From positions 810,001-842,000 of the forward strand of contig NZ_CP010341.1 of the NCBI RefSeq assembly GCF_000940845.1: a stretch of DNA of 32,000 nucleotides. The letters are read 5' to 3'. Positions within the stretch are counted from its first letter, which is position 1, and every line of letters starts with the position of its first letter. A program made the translations under genes and the position numbers. This document shows, piece by piece, positions 24,796-32,000 of this stretch. The notes beneath the pieces are model-generated. The model made no database searches. It worked only from the letters and a program-made list of their open reading frames with translations, and had not been told where the DNA came from. This DNA comes from Propionibacterium freudenreichii subsp. freudenreichii. GTDB lineage: Bacteria > Actinomycetota > Actinomycetes > Propionibacteriales > Propionibacteriaceae.

Positions 24796-26145
24796 TTATC
24801 CGGCCGACAGGGCGCGACGCATGGGCTCCATCTTGGCATCGGTCTCGAGCCATTCGCGTCCGGCATCGGAATCGGGGAGTATCCCGGCCCCGGCGAAAAG
24901 GTCGGCATTGCGCGATCCGTCGTCGAATTGGGCGCAGCGCAGCGCCAGGGCCCATTGGCCCGATCCGTCCGGACGCAGCCAACCGACCGGGCCACTGAAG
25001 CGGCCACGGTCGAGGCCCTCGACGCGCTGGATCTGTGCGAAGGCGAGGTCACGCGGCGCCCCACAGATCGCCGCCGTCGGGTACAGCAGGTCGGAGATGT
25101 CGGCCGAACCATGTCCCGGACGCACCGTGGCCCGGATGTCGGTGGCCAGGTGGGTCACATTGGGCAGCCGCAGCAGGAACGGCCCGGTCACCTGCGCATC
25201 GAGCAGGCCGGCTTGGGCCAGGTGGGTGGTCACCGAGGTGACCGACAGCTCGTGTTCGCGGCGCTCCTTGGGATCGGTGAGCAGCTCCTCATCCCACTTC
25301 GGCTTGCGCGTGCCGGCCAGGATCCGGCAGTGGAACACCCCGTCGTGCACCTCGGCCAACAGTTCCGGGGTTGCCCCCACCAGCCCGTCGTGGGAGAACG
25401 TCCAGCAGTCGGTGAAGCGGGCCGCCAGGGTCGCCAGGATTCGTCGCTGGTCCAGCGCACGGTCGGCCCGGGCGTGCACACGTCGGGCCAGCACGACCTT
25501 CTGCATGACCTCGCCCGTGTCGCTCCCGACCGGCTCACTCAGCACCGCGCGGGTTGCGTCCACGGCCTCGGTCCAGTGCTCCCGGGACCCCCGGGGCAGC
25601 GTGAAGTCCACGTGCAGCTCGCTGGCCACCGCGAAATCGGCCGGGCGGGGATCGGCTGCGTCGGCGGGGAACACCCGGGTGGCCGCCCCCGGACGCTCGC
25701 GCATCACCAGCACCCGGGGCACCACCAGGAAGCCCGGCTGGGCCGGGTCGAAGGGGAACGATCCGAAGGCCGGTAGTCGGTCGCGACCCTCACCTGCCCA
25801 CTGGGCGAAGTCCTGCCAGGCATGGGTCATCGGTGCATCGCCGGAAGCCTCGAAGCGGGCCTGTTCGCCCCAGCCCACCAGGGCGGGACCGTCATCGGGG
25901 GCGGCCCATACCCAGGGACGCTCCAGTTCCTCGGCGGTGACATCGGACGGGGCGCTCTGCAGGATCTGGCCCAGCCATTCGGCATTGCCCACGTGGCGCA
26001 GCTTGGCCTCGTCATGCAACGGTCGACCGTCCTTGGTTCGTTCGTTATCGTCTGCAGGGGCCACGGCGCCCAAGTCTACGGGAGCCTGTCGCCCGGTTGC
26101 ATGTGACGGCGCCATCGCTGCCGGGGGAGTCAATCGCTCGTCCAT
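24796..26145 (-). CDS. menF: isochorismate synthase (menaquinone-specific)
   Basis: 449 aa. Chorismate-binding motifs are KVVLARR, GATPELL, ILAGTRKP, EHELSVTSV, LYPTAAICGAPR, EGLDRGRFSGPVGWL and CAQFDDGSRNADLFAGAGILPDSDAGREWLET. The start is either ATG 26145, which overlaps the menE stop by 16 nt, or ATG 26115. Confidence 0.88.
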   Translation of the reverse strand: MDERLTPPAAMAPSHATGRQAPVDLGAVAPADDNERTKDGRPLHDEAKLRHVGNAEWLGQILQSAPSDVTAEELERPWVWAAPDDGPALVGWGEQARFEASGDAPMTHAWQDFAQWAGEGRDRLPAFGSFPFDPAQPGFLVVPRVLVMRERPGAATRVFPADAADPRPADFAVASELHVDFTLPRGSREHWTEAVDATRAVLSEPVGSDTGEVMQKVVLARRVHARADRALDQRRILATLAARFTDCWTFSHDGLVGATPELLAEVHDGVFHCRILAGTRKPKWDEELLTDPKERREHELSVTSVTTHLAQAGLLDAQVTGPFLLRLPNVTHLATDIRATVRPGHGSADISDLLYPTAAICGAPRDLAFAQIQRVEGLDRGRFSGPVGWLRPDGSGQWALALRCAQFDDGSRNADLFAGAGILPDSDAGREWLETDAKMEPMRRALSAG

Positions 26146-27362
26146 GCCCCACCGTCGCGGCGCACCTGCTCGGCGTGGTTGCGCACCGCCAGGCGATCGA
26201 GCTTGCCCGACGCCAGCATCGGCAGGTGGTCGGTCACCACCACCACGCGCGGCGCCAACTGGCGTCCCAACAGCTCTCCGACGAGGTCACGCAGCGCCGC
26301 CGGTGAGTCCTGGGTCCACGCATCGGTGGGCACCACCACGGCGCTCACCACCTGCCCCCAGCGGGGATGGGGAAGTGCCACGACGGCGGCCCGGGCGACC
26401 ATCGGTGCCGACAGCACTGCCGCCCGCACCTGGTCGGCGGCGACCTTCAATCCGCCGGTGATGATCACATCGTCCACGCGGCCGGTGACCTCCAGTCGCC
26501 CATGGCGCAGGTGGCCCAGGTCGGAGGTGGCAAGCCACTTGGTGCCGTTGAGCTGCGACACTCCGGGCTCGCCGTCCAGGTAGCCGCTCATCACCATCGG
26601 ACCGGCAATCCAGATCGTGCCGCGATCGCTGCCGGCGTCGGGACGCTCACCCAGTGACAGCTCGACCCCCCGCAGCGGCCTGCCGTCGTAGACACAACCC
26701 CCGCAGGTCTCGCTCATGCCATAGCTCAGGTGCAGGGCGACGCCCGCGGCGAGCGCCTCGTCGACCAGCTGCCGGTCGGTGGCGGCGCCGCCCACCAGCA
26801 CGGCCGACAACGAGCGCAACGCGTCGCGCCCGGCCGCATCATCCAGCAGGTCGCGCAGCTGCGTGGGCACCAGCGAGAGGTTCACCCACGCCTCGGGCCG
26901 CCCGGCGCGCGCGGCGCCCACCGCCGTGGCCAAGGATGCCGCGTCAAGGTGGTGCACCAGGCCGGGTCGAGTCCCGTCCAGCACGGAGCGGGCCACCACC
27001 TGCAGGCCGGCGATGTGGTGGGCGGGCAGCGTCAGCAGCCAGCGTGCCGGACCACCCAGTCGTTGGTCGGTGGCGCGGATGGACGCCCGCAGTTGCGCGG
27101 CGGACAGGCCCACCAGACGCCCGTGGCCGGTGGTCGAGCCGGAGGTGCGCATCACCAACCGCACATCGTCCGGCAGACGCACCATGCGTCGCGCGAGGTC
27201 GTCGCGCAGCGCCACCGGGTCCTCATCGGGGCCCAGGGGCATCAGCACGGGGGACTCGCGCTCGCACAGCAGCCGATGCACGGCGCCCGCCAGCGCATCG
27301 ATCGACGACTGCGTGCGCTCGACGCGCAGCAGCTGCACCCTCGAGGCCGGGTCGGGTGTCAT
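26130..27362 (-). CDS. menE: o-succinylbenzoate-CoA ligase (AMP-binding family)
   Basis: 410 aa. Adenylate-forming motifs are MRTSGSTTGHGRLV, SYGMSETCGG, GRVDDVIITGGLKV and LASGKLDR. It is flanked by menB and menF. Confidence 0.85.
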   Translation of the reverse strand: MTPDPASRVQLLRVERTQSSIDALAGAVHRLLCERESPVLMPLGPDEDPVALRDDLARRMVRLPDDVRLVMRTSGSTTGHGRLVGLSAAQLRASIRATDQRLGGPARWLLTLPAHHIAGLQVVARSVLDGTRPGLVHHLDAASLATAVGAARAGRPEAWVNLSLVPTQLRDLLDDAAGRDALRSLSAVLVGGAATDRQLVDEALAAGVALHLSYGMSETCGGCVYDGRPLRGVELSLGERPDAGSDRGTIWIAGPMVMSGYLDGEPGVSQLNGTKWLATSDLGHLRHGRLEVTGRVDDVIITGGLKVAADQVRAAVLSAPMVARAAVVALPHPRWGQVVSAVVVPTDAWTQDSPAALRDLVGELLGRQLAPRVVVVTDHLPMLASGKLDRLAVRNHAEQVRRDGGAWTSD

Positions 27363-27434
27363 CGCAGGCCCCGTGTGGTCACGCCGTCCGCGGCGCAGGT
27401 CGGGCCGCCGGTGGGCCGGGATGTCATGGCCGGC

Positions 27435-28439
27435 TCAGAAGTAGTAGGGATACTTCGACCAGTCCGGCGCGCGGTGCTGCAGGAAGGCGTCGCGTCCCTC
27501 CTGGGCCTCCTCGGTCATATATGCCAGGCGCGTCGCCTCGCCGGCGAAGGCCTGCTGGCCGGCGATGCCGTCGTCGATCATGTTGAACGCATACTTCAGC
27601 ATGCGGATCGACTGCGGCGACTTGGTGGCCACGGTGAGGCCCCAGTCGATCGCCGTGTCCTCGAGCTCGGCATGGGGCACCACCTTGTTGATCACGCCCC
27701 AGGCCTCGGCCTCCTGGGGTGTGTAGGGCTCGGCCAGGAAGAAGATCTGGCGGGCGCGCTTGTCGCCCACCTGACGGGCCAGCAGGCCAGCGCCGTAGCC
27801 GGCGTCGAACGAGCTCACATTGGCGTCCACCTGCTTGAACACGGCATGTTCGGCGCTGGCGACCGCCAGGTCGCAGACCACCATGAGGGAGTGGCCCCCG
27901 CCGGTGGTCCAACCGGGGATCGCCGCGATGATGGGCTTGGGGGTCGAGCGCATCAGGCGCTGCACCTCAAGGATGTGCATCCGTGCCCGACGGCCGCGGT
28001 CGATGCGTGAGCGACGCTGCTCGGTCATGCCCGCGGGGTCCGCGCCGCGCTCGCCATAGGGGGTCTGGTCGGCCAGGTACTGGTAGCCGTCGGTGCCGCG
28101 CGAGCGCTGGTCACCACCCGAGGAGAAGGCGTAGCCGCCGTCCTTGGGGGAGGGGCCGTTGCCGGTGAGGATGATCGCCGCCACATCGGGCGTGGAGCGC
28201 GCATCGTCGATGCAGCGGTAGAGCTCGTCGACGGTGCGGGGATCGAAGCCGTTGCGGATCTCGGGACGATCGATGGCGATGCGCACCACCGGCAGGTCGA
28301 CGCCGGCCGGGACGCCATCGGCGGCGCCCCGTGAGATCAGTCGGTGGTAGGTGGTGTCGACGAGGGGATCGTCTTCGCTCTGGATCTCGCGCCAGCGCTG
28401 CGGGTCAAAGGTGTCGGACACACCGGGAAGGCTGCTCAT
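27435..28439 (-). CDS. menB: 1,4-dihydroxy-2-naphthoyl-CoA synthase (crotonase fold, actinobacterial long type)
   Basis: By eye, the sequence is collinear with M. tuberculosis MenB. Matching segments are LTGNGPSPKDGGYAFSSGGDQR, HILEVQRLMR, GGGHSLMVVCDL, FKQVDANVSSFDAGYG and GEATRLAYMTEEAQEGRDAFLQHRAPDWSKYPYYF. I chose ATG 28439 (MSSLPGVSD...). The track ORF extends to 28523. Confidence 0.92.
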   Translation of the reverse strand: MSSLPGVSDTFDPQRWREIQSEDDPLVDTTYHRLISRGAADGVPAGVDLPVVRIAIDRPEIRNGFDPRTVDELYRCIDDARSTPDVAAIILTGNGPSPKDGGYAFSSGGDQRSRGTDGYQYLADQTPYGERGADPAGMTEQRRSRIDRGRRARMHILEVQRLMRSTPKPIIAAIPGWTTGGGHSLMVVCDLAVASAEHAVFKQVDANVSSFDAGYGAGLLARQVGDKRARQIFFLAEPYTPQEAEAWGVINKVVPHAELEDTAIDWGLTVATKSPQSIRMLKYAFNMIDDGIAGQQAFAGEATRLAYMTEEAQEGRDAFLQHRAPDWSKYPYYF

Positions 28440-28448
28440 AGCTGCGAA

Positions 28449-28454
28449 ATTATC
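28449..28454 (-). promoter_or_regulatory. -10-like hexamer GATAAT placed 9 nt upstream of the menB ATG
   Basis: The reverse complement of 28440-28454 reads GATAAT TTCGCAGCT, then ATG. This implies a very short or absent leader. Confidence 0.35.
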
Positions 28455-28540
28455 ACCCGGGCCGACCGGATCGCCCACCGCCACCTCGCCGGGGGTGTCG
28501 ACACGGACGGGCCCAACCATCACCCGGCGGGCGCTGCCGT

Positions 28541-28582
28541 GCGGGGCCGCGGACCGGATGCCCAGCGGTCCGGACGCCCCGC
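28541..28582 (-). terminator. GC-rich two-part stem-loop between pncB and menB (candidate factor-independent terminator without a U tail)
   Basis: On the minus strand, GCGGGGC pairs with GCCCCGC (outer 7 bp). CGGACCG pairs with CGGTCCG (inner 7 bp). There is a small internal loop and a 9-nt apical loop. It begins 20 nt after the pncB stop. Confidence 0.45.
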
Positions 28583-28585
28583 AGC

Positions 28586-28614
28586 TCAGATGTTCTGCAG
28601 TTCAGATGTTCTGC
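28586..28614 (-). repeat. tandem duplication of the last codons plus stop of pncB (13-nt perfect core, 16-nt period)
   Basis: TCAGATGTTCTGC occurs at 28586-28598 and at 28602-28614 (plus strand). The second copy carries the real stop. On the gene strand the sequence reads GCAGAACATCTGA ACT GCAGAACATCTGA. Confidence 0.7.
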
Positions 28615-29957
28615 GGCGCCGGGCCGGCCTGGTAGACGTTCTCCAGGTCGTGGCCCTGCTCGTCGAGGATGATCGTGGGGATGGCCGGCTCGGCGTTCGA
28701 GATGCGGTGCGCATCCAGGGGGAGCTCGGCCCGGGCGGCCTCGTGGCGGTCACGGGCCGCCTGCAGGGGCTCGGCACCGACGATCGTCCCGTCGCTCACC
28801 AGCTCGGTCAGCAGCATGCGGTCGTTCGAGCCCACGCGCGGGGCGGCATTGATGCCGATCACCTCCGCCTGCGCCACCCCCTGGTCATCCAGGGCGCGAC
28901 TGGCGAACTTGCGTCCACCGAGCGTCTTCTTGTTGGTCGAAGCCTTGGCCACATCGGCCATCGGCGCGTTCGGATCGTCCGACAGGGTGCGGGCGACCAT
29001 CTTGTAGACGAAGCCACAGGTGGGATGGCCCGAGCCGGTGACCAGGCTGGTGCCCACGCCGAAGCCGTCCACCGGGGCACCGCGCAGGGCCGCGATCTGG
29101 TATTCGTCGAGGTCGTTGGTGACGATGATCTTGGTCTGCCTGGCACCCAGGGAGTCGAGCAGACGCCGCACGTGCTTCACCTCGGTGCTCAGGTCGCCCG
29201 AGTCGATGCGCACGCCGCCGAGCTTGCCGCCGGTCAGCTCCACCGCCTTGTGGATGGCCGCGTCGATGTCGTAGGTGTCCACCAGCAGGGTGGTGTCCGC
29301 GCCCAGCCACTCCAGTTGGGCGCGGAAGGCGTCCTCCTCGGTGTCGTAGAGCATGGTGAACGCGTGGGCCGCGGTGCCGCTCACCGGCAGGCCCCAGCGC
29401 CGGCCGGCCTCCAGGTCGGAGGTGCCGCTGAAGCCGGCGATCCATGCGGCGCGGGCGGCCGCCACGGCAGCCTCCTCGTGGGTGCGTCGCGCCCCGAACT
29501 CCTGGATCGGGCGGCCCTCCGCGGCCATCGTCATGCGGCTGGCCGCCGACGCGATGGCCGAGTCGTGGTTGTAGATCGACAGCATGAGGGTCTCCAGCAG
29601 CACCGCCTCGGCGAAGCTGCCCTCCACCTGCAGCAGGGGGGAGCCGCTGAAGAACAGTTCACCCTCGGGATAGCCGGTCACGTTGCCGGTGAAGCGGTAG
29701 CTCGCCAGGTATTCGGCCAGCATGTCGTCGGCGACGCCGGCGCCCACCAGGTAGTCGATCTGTTCGTCGTCGAACCGGAAGTTCTCGATCGCCTCGAGTG
29801 CCCGACCGGTGCCACCCACCACGCCGTAGCTGCGTCCGCTGGGCAGGCGGCGGGGGAACAGCTCGAACAGGGTGCGGTGGAAGGCCTGGCCGGTGTGCAG
29901 GGCAGCCCGCACCATCGTGAGCTCGTACATATCGGTCATCAGAGCCGTGGAGGTCAT
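28602..29957 (-). CDS. pncB: nicotinate phosphoribosyltransferase
   Basis: 451 aa. The N-terminus ALMTDMYELTMVRAAL is the NAPRTase signature. Other motifs are FGARRTH, GTSDLEAG, VDTYD, GVRIDSGD and FGVGTSLVTG. Confidence 0.92.
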   Translation of the reverse strand: MTSTALMTDMYELTMVRAALHTGQAFHRTLFELFPRRLPSGRSYGVVGGTGRALEAIENFRFDDEQIDYLVGAGVADDMLAEYLASYRFTGNVTGYPEGELFFSGSPLLQVEGSFAEAVLLETLMLSIYNHDSAIASAASRMTMAAEGRPIQEFGARRTHEEAAVAAARAAWIAGFSGTSDLEAGRRWGLPVSGTAAHAFTMLYDTEEDAFRAQLEWLGADTTLLVDTYDIDAAIHKAVELTGGKLGGVRIDSGDLSTEVKHVRRLLDSLGARQTKIIVTNDLDEYQIAALRGAPVDGFGVGTSLVTGSGHPTCGFVYKMVARTLSDDPNAPMADVAKASTNKKTLGGRKFASRALDDQGVAQAEVIGINAAPRVGSNDRMLLTELVSDGTIVGAEPLQAARDRHEAARAELPLDAHRISNAEPAIPTIILDEQGHDLENVYQAGPAPQNI

Positions 29958-29963
29958 GGCTCC

Positions 29964-29969
29964 AGACTA
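29964..29969 (-). promoter_or_regulatory. -10-like hexamer TAGTCT placed 6 nt upstream of the pncB ATG (leaderless-type)
   Basis: The reverse complement of 29958-29969 reads TAGTCT GGAGCC, then ATG. Confidence 0.3.
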
Positions 29970-30065
29970 GGGCGCGGGGTGCGCCGCAGGGGGTCACACC
30001 GGCGCGGGAGCACCGACTGCGCCCGGATCACCCGGGCCTTTTGCGTGATGGGTAAAGATAGACAC

Positions 30066-30377
30066 ATGTCCGAATCTGCACCGATGACTGCCCCGGAAGG
30101 TGGCACGGCACTCGCCGAGCGTCCTGCCGAGGATGCCCTCAGCGCCAACCCGTGGGTGACGGTGGTCTGGGACGATCCGGTCAACCTGATGAGCTATGTC
30201 ACCCACGTCTTCTGTAGCTATTTCCACTATTCCCGCGATCGTGCCGAGCGTCTCATGATGCAGGTGCACATGGAGGGCAAGGCAGTGGTCAGTTCCGGAG
30301 GGCGTGAGGAGATGGAACGGGATGTGAACGCCATGCACGGCTTTGGCCTGTGGGCAACAGTGTCGCGGGCCGAATGA
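30066..30377 (+). CDS. clpS: ATP-dependent Clp protease adaptor ClpS
   Basis: This is the last 103 codons of track ORF 28344-30377; the rest of that ORF is antisense to pncB. The sequence PWVTVVWDDPVNLMSYVTHVFCSYFHYSRDRAERLMMQVHMEGKAVV is a ClpS hallmark. Confidence 0.92.
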   Translation: MSESAPMTAPEGGTALAERPAEDALSANPWVTVVWDDPVNLMSYVTHVFCSYFHYSRDRAERLMMQVHMEGKAVVSSGGREEMERDVNAMHGFGLWATVSRAE

Positions 30378-30982
30378 TGCATGGTTTCCGGCGCCGCCGC
30401 GGCCAGCTCACCTGCACCTTCGAGGACACGGAGTTGACGATCCTGTGCTCCCTGACCAAGACATTGCTCCAATTGCTGCGCTCCGATGCGATGCCGCCGG
30501 TGCGTGCCAGCTCCTGGAATGATTCCAGCGATTGCTCTCCCGAGGCCCTGTTCGCCGAGCTGGAGAACCAGATGGGGTGCGAGGTCAAGGCCGATTTCGC
30601 CACCAATCCCGAGGTTGACCCCGTGTTGCGTCGCCTCTTCCCCGATGCCTACCGCGACGACGAGGGCGCCTCCACCGAGTTCCGCCGCTTCAGCCAGGCC
30701 TCCGAGCGTGACGAGAAGCTCGACGCGGCCGTTGCCATGCTGTCCGATATGAACCAGGTGGGCCACGACGGGCGCTGCGCCGTGCCTGACGAGCATGTCA
30801 ACGACTGGCTCAAGACGCTGACCGCGCTGCGGGTGGCGGTGGCCGTGCGACTGGGCATCAAGACCTCAGCCGACGCCGACGAGTTGGGCGAACTGCCCGA
30901 TGAGGATCCCCGTACCGCCGTCTTCTCCATCTATGAATGGCTGGGCTGGGTGCAGGAATCCCTGCTCGACTGCCTGCACTGA
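30374..30982 (+). CDS. DUF2017 domain protein (conserved clpS-downstream partner in Actinobacteria)
   Basis: The ATG at 30374 overlaps the clpS TGA (ATGA). 202 aa, acidic. The segments DPVLRRLFPDAYRDDEGASTEFRRFS, WLKTLTALRVAVAVRLGI and IYEWLGWVQESLL match my recollection of the DUF2017 profile. Confidence 0.8.
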   Translation: MMHGFRRRRGQLTCTFEDTELTILCSLTKTLLQLLRSDAMPPVRASSWNDSSDCSPEALFAELENQMGCEVKADFATNPEVDPVLRRLFPDAYRDDEGASTEFRRFSQASERDEKLDAAVAMLSDMNQVGHDGRCAVPDEHVNDWLKTLTALRVAVAVRLGIKTSADADELGELPDEDPRTAVFSIYEWLGWVQESLLDCLH

Positions 30983-31056
30983 CCCCGGGCGCCCGCGCGG
31001 CGCCCACGGCGGCAGTGTGGCCGGTCGGCCGATCCCGACGATTCAGGGTGCCCGTC

Positions 31057-31062
31057 TAGAGT
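31057..31062 (+). promoter_or_regulatory. -10-like hexamer TAGAGT placed 7 nt upstream of the murI GTG (leaderless-type)
   Basis: The sequence TAGAGT TGGTCGG GTG was read directly. Confidence 0.35.
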
Positions 31063-31069
31063 TGGTCGG

Positions 31070-31888
31070 GTGAACAGGGACGTCAACGCGCCGATCGGAA
31101 TCTTCGACTCAGGATTCGGCGGGCTCACCGTGGCCCGGGCCGTGGTCGACCTGCTGCCCCGCGAGGACATCATCTACCTGGGCGACACCGCCCGTGCCCC
31201 CTACGGTCCCCGTCCGATCGCCGAGGTGCGCGAGTTCGTGCTGCAGGCGCTCGACAGCCTGGTCGCCCGGGGCGTGAAGTCGCTGGTGATCGCCTGCAAC
31301 ACCGGATCATCGGCAGCCCTGCACGACGCGCGTGAGCGCTACGACCTGCCGATCACCGAAGTGGTGCTGCCGGCCGCCCGCAAGGCCGCCCGGATCACCC
31401 GCAACGGACGCGTCGGGGTGATCTGCACCCGCGGCACCGCCATCTCGCGGTCGTACAACGATGCCCTGGCCGCCTCGCCGGTGAAGCTGTTCACCCAGGT
31501 GTGCCCGCGCTTCGTGGAGTTCGTGGAGGCCGGCATCACCACCGGCCCCGAGGTGCTGCAACTCGCCCGTGAATACCTCGCGCCCCTGCAGGCCGACGAC
31601 ATCGACACCCTCATCCTGGGCTGCACCCACTACCCGCTGCTGTCCGGGGTGATCAGCTATGTGATGGGTGAGGACGTCACCCTGGTGTCCAGCTCCGATG
31701 AGTGTGCCCGCGCCGTGTTCGCCGAGCTCACCCGCGACGACCTGCTGCGCACCGAACCCCACGAGCCGCAGCGTGAATTCTTCACCACCGGCGACCCCGC
31801 CCAGTTCGGTGGCCTGGGGCGTCGCCTCATGGGTGGCTTCGTCAATGGCGTGCGCCAATTGAGGTTGTCCGAACCCGCCGAGTTGTGA
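31070..31888 (+). CDS. murI: glutamate racemase
   Basis: 272 aa. Motifs are PIGIFDSGFGGLTVARAV, IYLGDTARAPYG, LVIACNTGSSAAL and LILGCTHYPLL, which include both catalytic Cys motifs. Confidence 0.93.
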   Translation: MNRDVNAPIGIFDSGFGGLTVARAVVDLLPREDIIYLGDTARAPYGPRPIAEVREFVLQALDSLVARGVKSLVIACNTGSSAALHDARERYDLPITEVVLPAARKAARITRNGRVGVICTRGTAISRSYNDALAASPVKLFTQVCPRFVEFVEAGITTGPEVLQLAREYLAPLQADDIDTLILGCTHYPLLSGVISYVMGEDVTLVSSSDECARAVFAELTRDDLLRTEPHEPQREFFTTGDPAQFGGLGRRLMGGFVNGVRQLRLSEPAEL

Positions 31889-32000
31889 GCCCCGGGCAGC
31901 CGGGTCAATGGCCCGGCGCACCCTCGGGGTGGGCCTGTAGCGAAAGTGTCCGGCCCGGTGCGGGTGAGGGTTGTCGCGAGCGTCTGCGGCCCGGTCCGGC

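Noticed and set aside
24821-28010. Long plus-strand ORFs 24821-26461 (546 aa), 24787-25776, 26654-27586 and 26730-28010
   Set aside because: They are antisense to menF, menE and menB, all of which carry clear family motifs. Their products are Arg/Pro/Ala-rich low-complexity artefacts.
28440-28523. N-terminal 28-codon extension of menB (MMVGPVRVDTPGE...)
   Set aside because: By-eye alignment to M. tuberculosis MenB begins near MSSLPGVSD. A GATAAT hexamer lies inside the extension at the right distance from ATG 28439.
28344-30065. Upstream 574 codons of the 677-aa plus-strand ORF
   Set aside because: This part is antisense to menB and pncB. Only the last 103 codons (clpS, from ATG 30066) are a recognisable protein with its own promoter region.

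Overview
This is a very GC-rich actinobacterial chromosomal segment (about 68-70% G+C by eye, with strong G/C bias at codon position 3). Gene content and order look like conserved core genome. Propionibacteriales-like is my guess and cannot be proven from the sequence. I call 27 protein-coding genes. I see no rRNA, tRNA, CRISPR array, transposase, integrase or phage genes.

Gene blocks:
- 1-11.9 kb, cell envelope / GDP-mannose / whiB: partial LCP ligase (-), manC coupled to a 4-TM protein, whiB, a roughly 1080-aa GT2-polytopic membrane fusion coupled to a three-module anchored protein, a metallopeptidase-like gene divergent from DUF3499, a eukaryotic-type HAD-IIB phosphomannomutase-like gene, a Trm112-like gene and a SIS-type protein.
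- 11.9-16.3 kb: CDF transporter, DUF3039, MFS transporter and a DUF2510x2-RDD membrane protein.
- 16.4-28.5 kb: malQ overlapping menC, then menD, a UvrA paralog without the UvrB-binding domain, a lower-GC lipoprotein gene, and convergent menF-menE-menB.
- 28.6-32 kb: pncB divergent from clpS-DUF2017, then murI.

Many long ORFs in the supplied track are antisense shadow ORFs typical of high-GC DNA, and I rejected them.

I do not see a clear-cut novel defence-type or mobile system. The best candidates for undescribed biology are:
- the whiB-adjacent GT2-membrane fusion with its coupled partner;
- the apparent replacement of the classical phosphomannomutase by a eukaryotic-type HAD enzyme;
- the symmetry-dense divergent promoter region between the metallopeptidase-like and DUF3499 genes;
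- the clpS-DUF2017 coupled pair;
- the UvrA-paralog plus lipoprotein insert between the two halves of the menaquinone genes.

A recurrent TANNNT-N6/7-start-codon arrangement suggests many leaderless mRNAs and helped me choose start codons. All family assignments rest on motifs I recognise by eye; no database search was possible.
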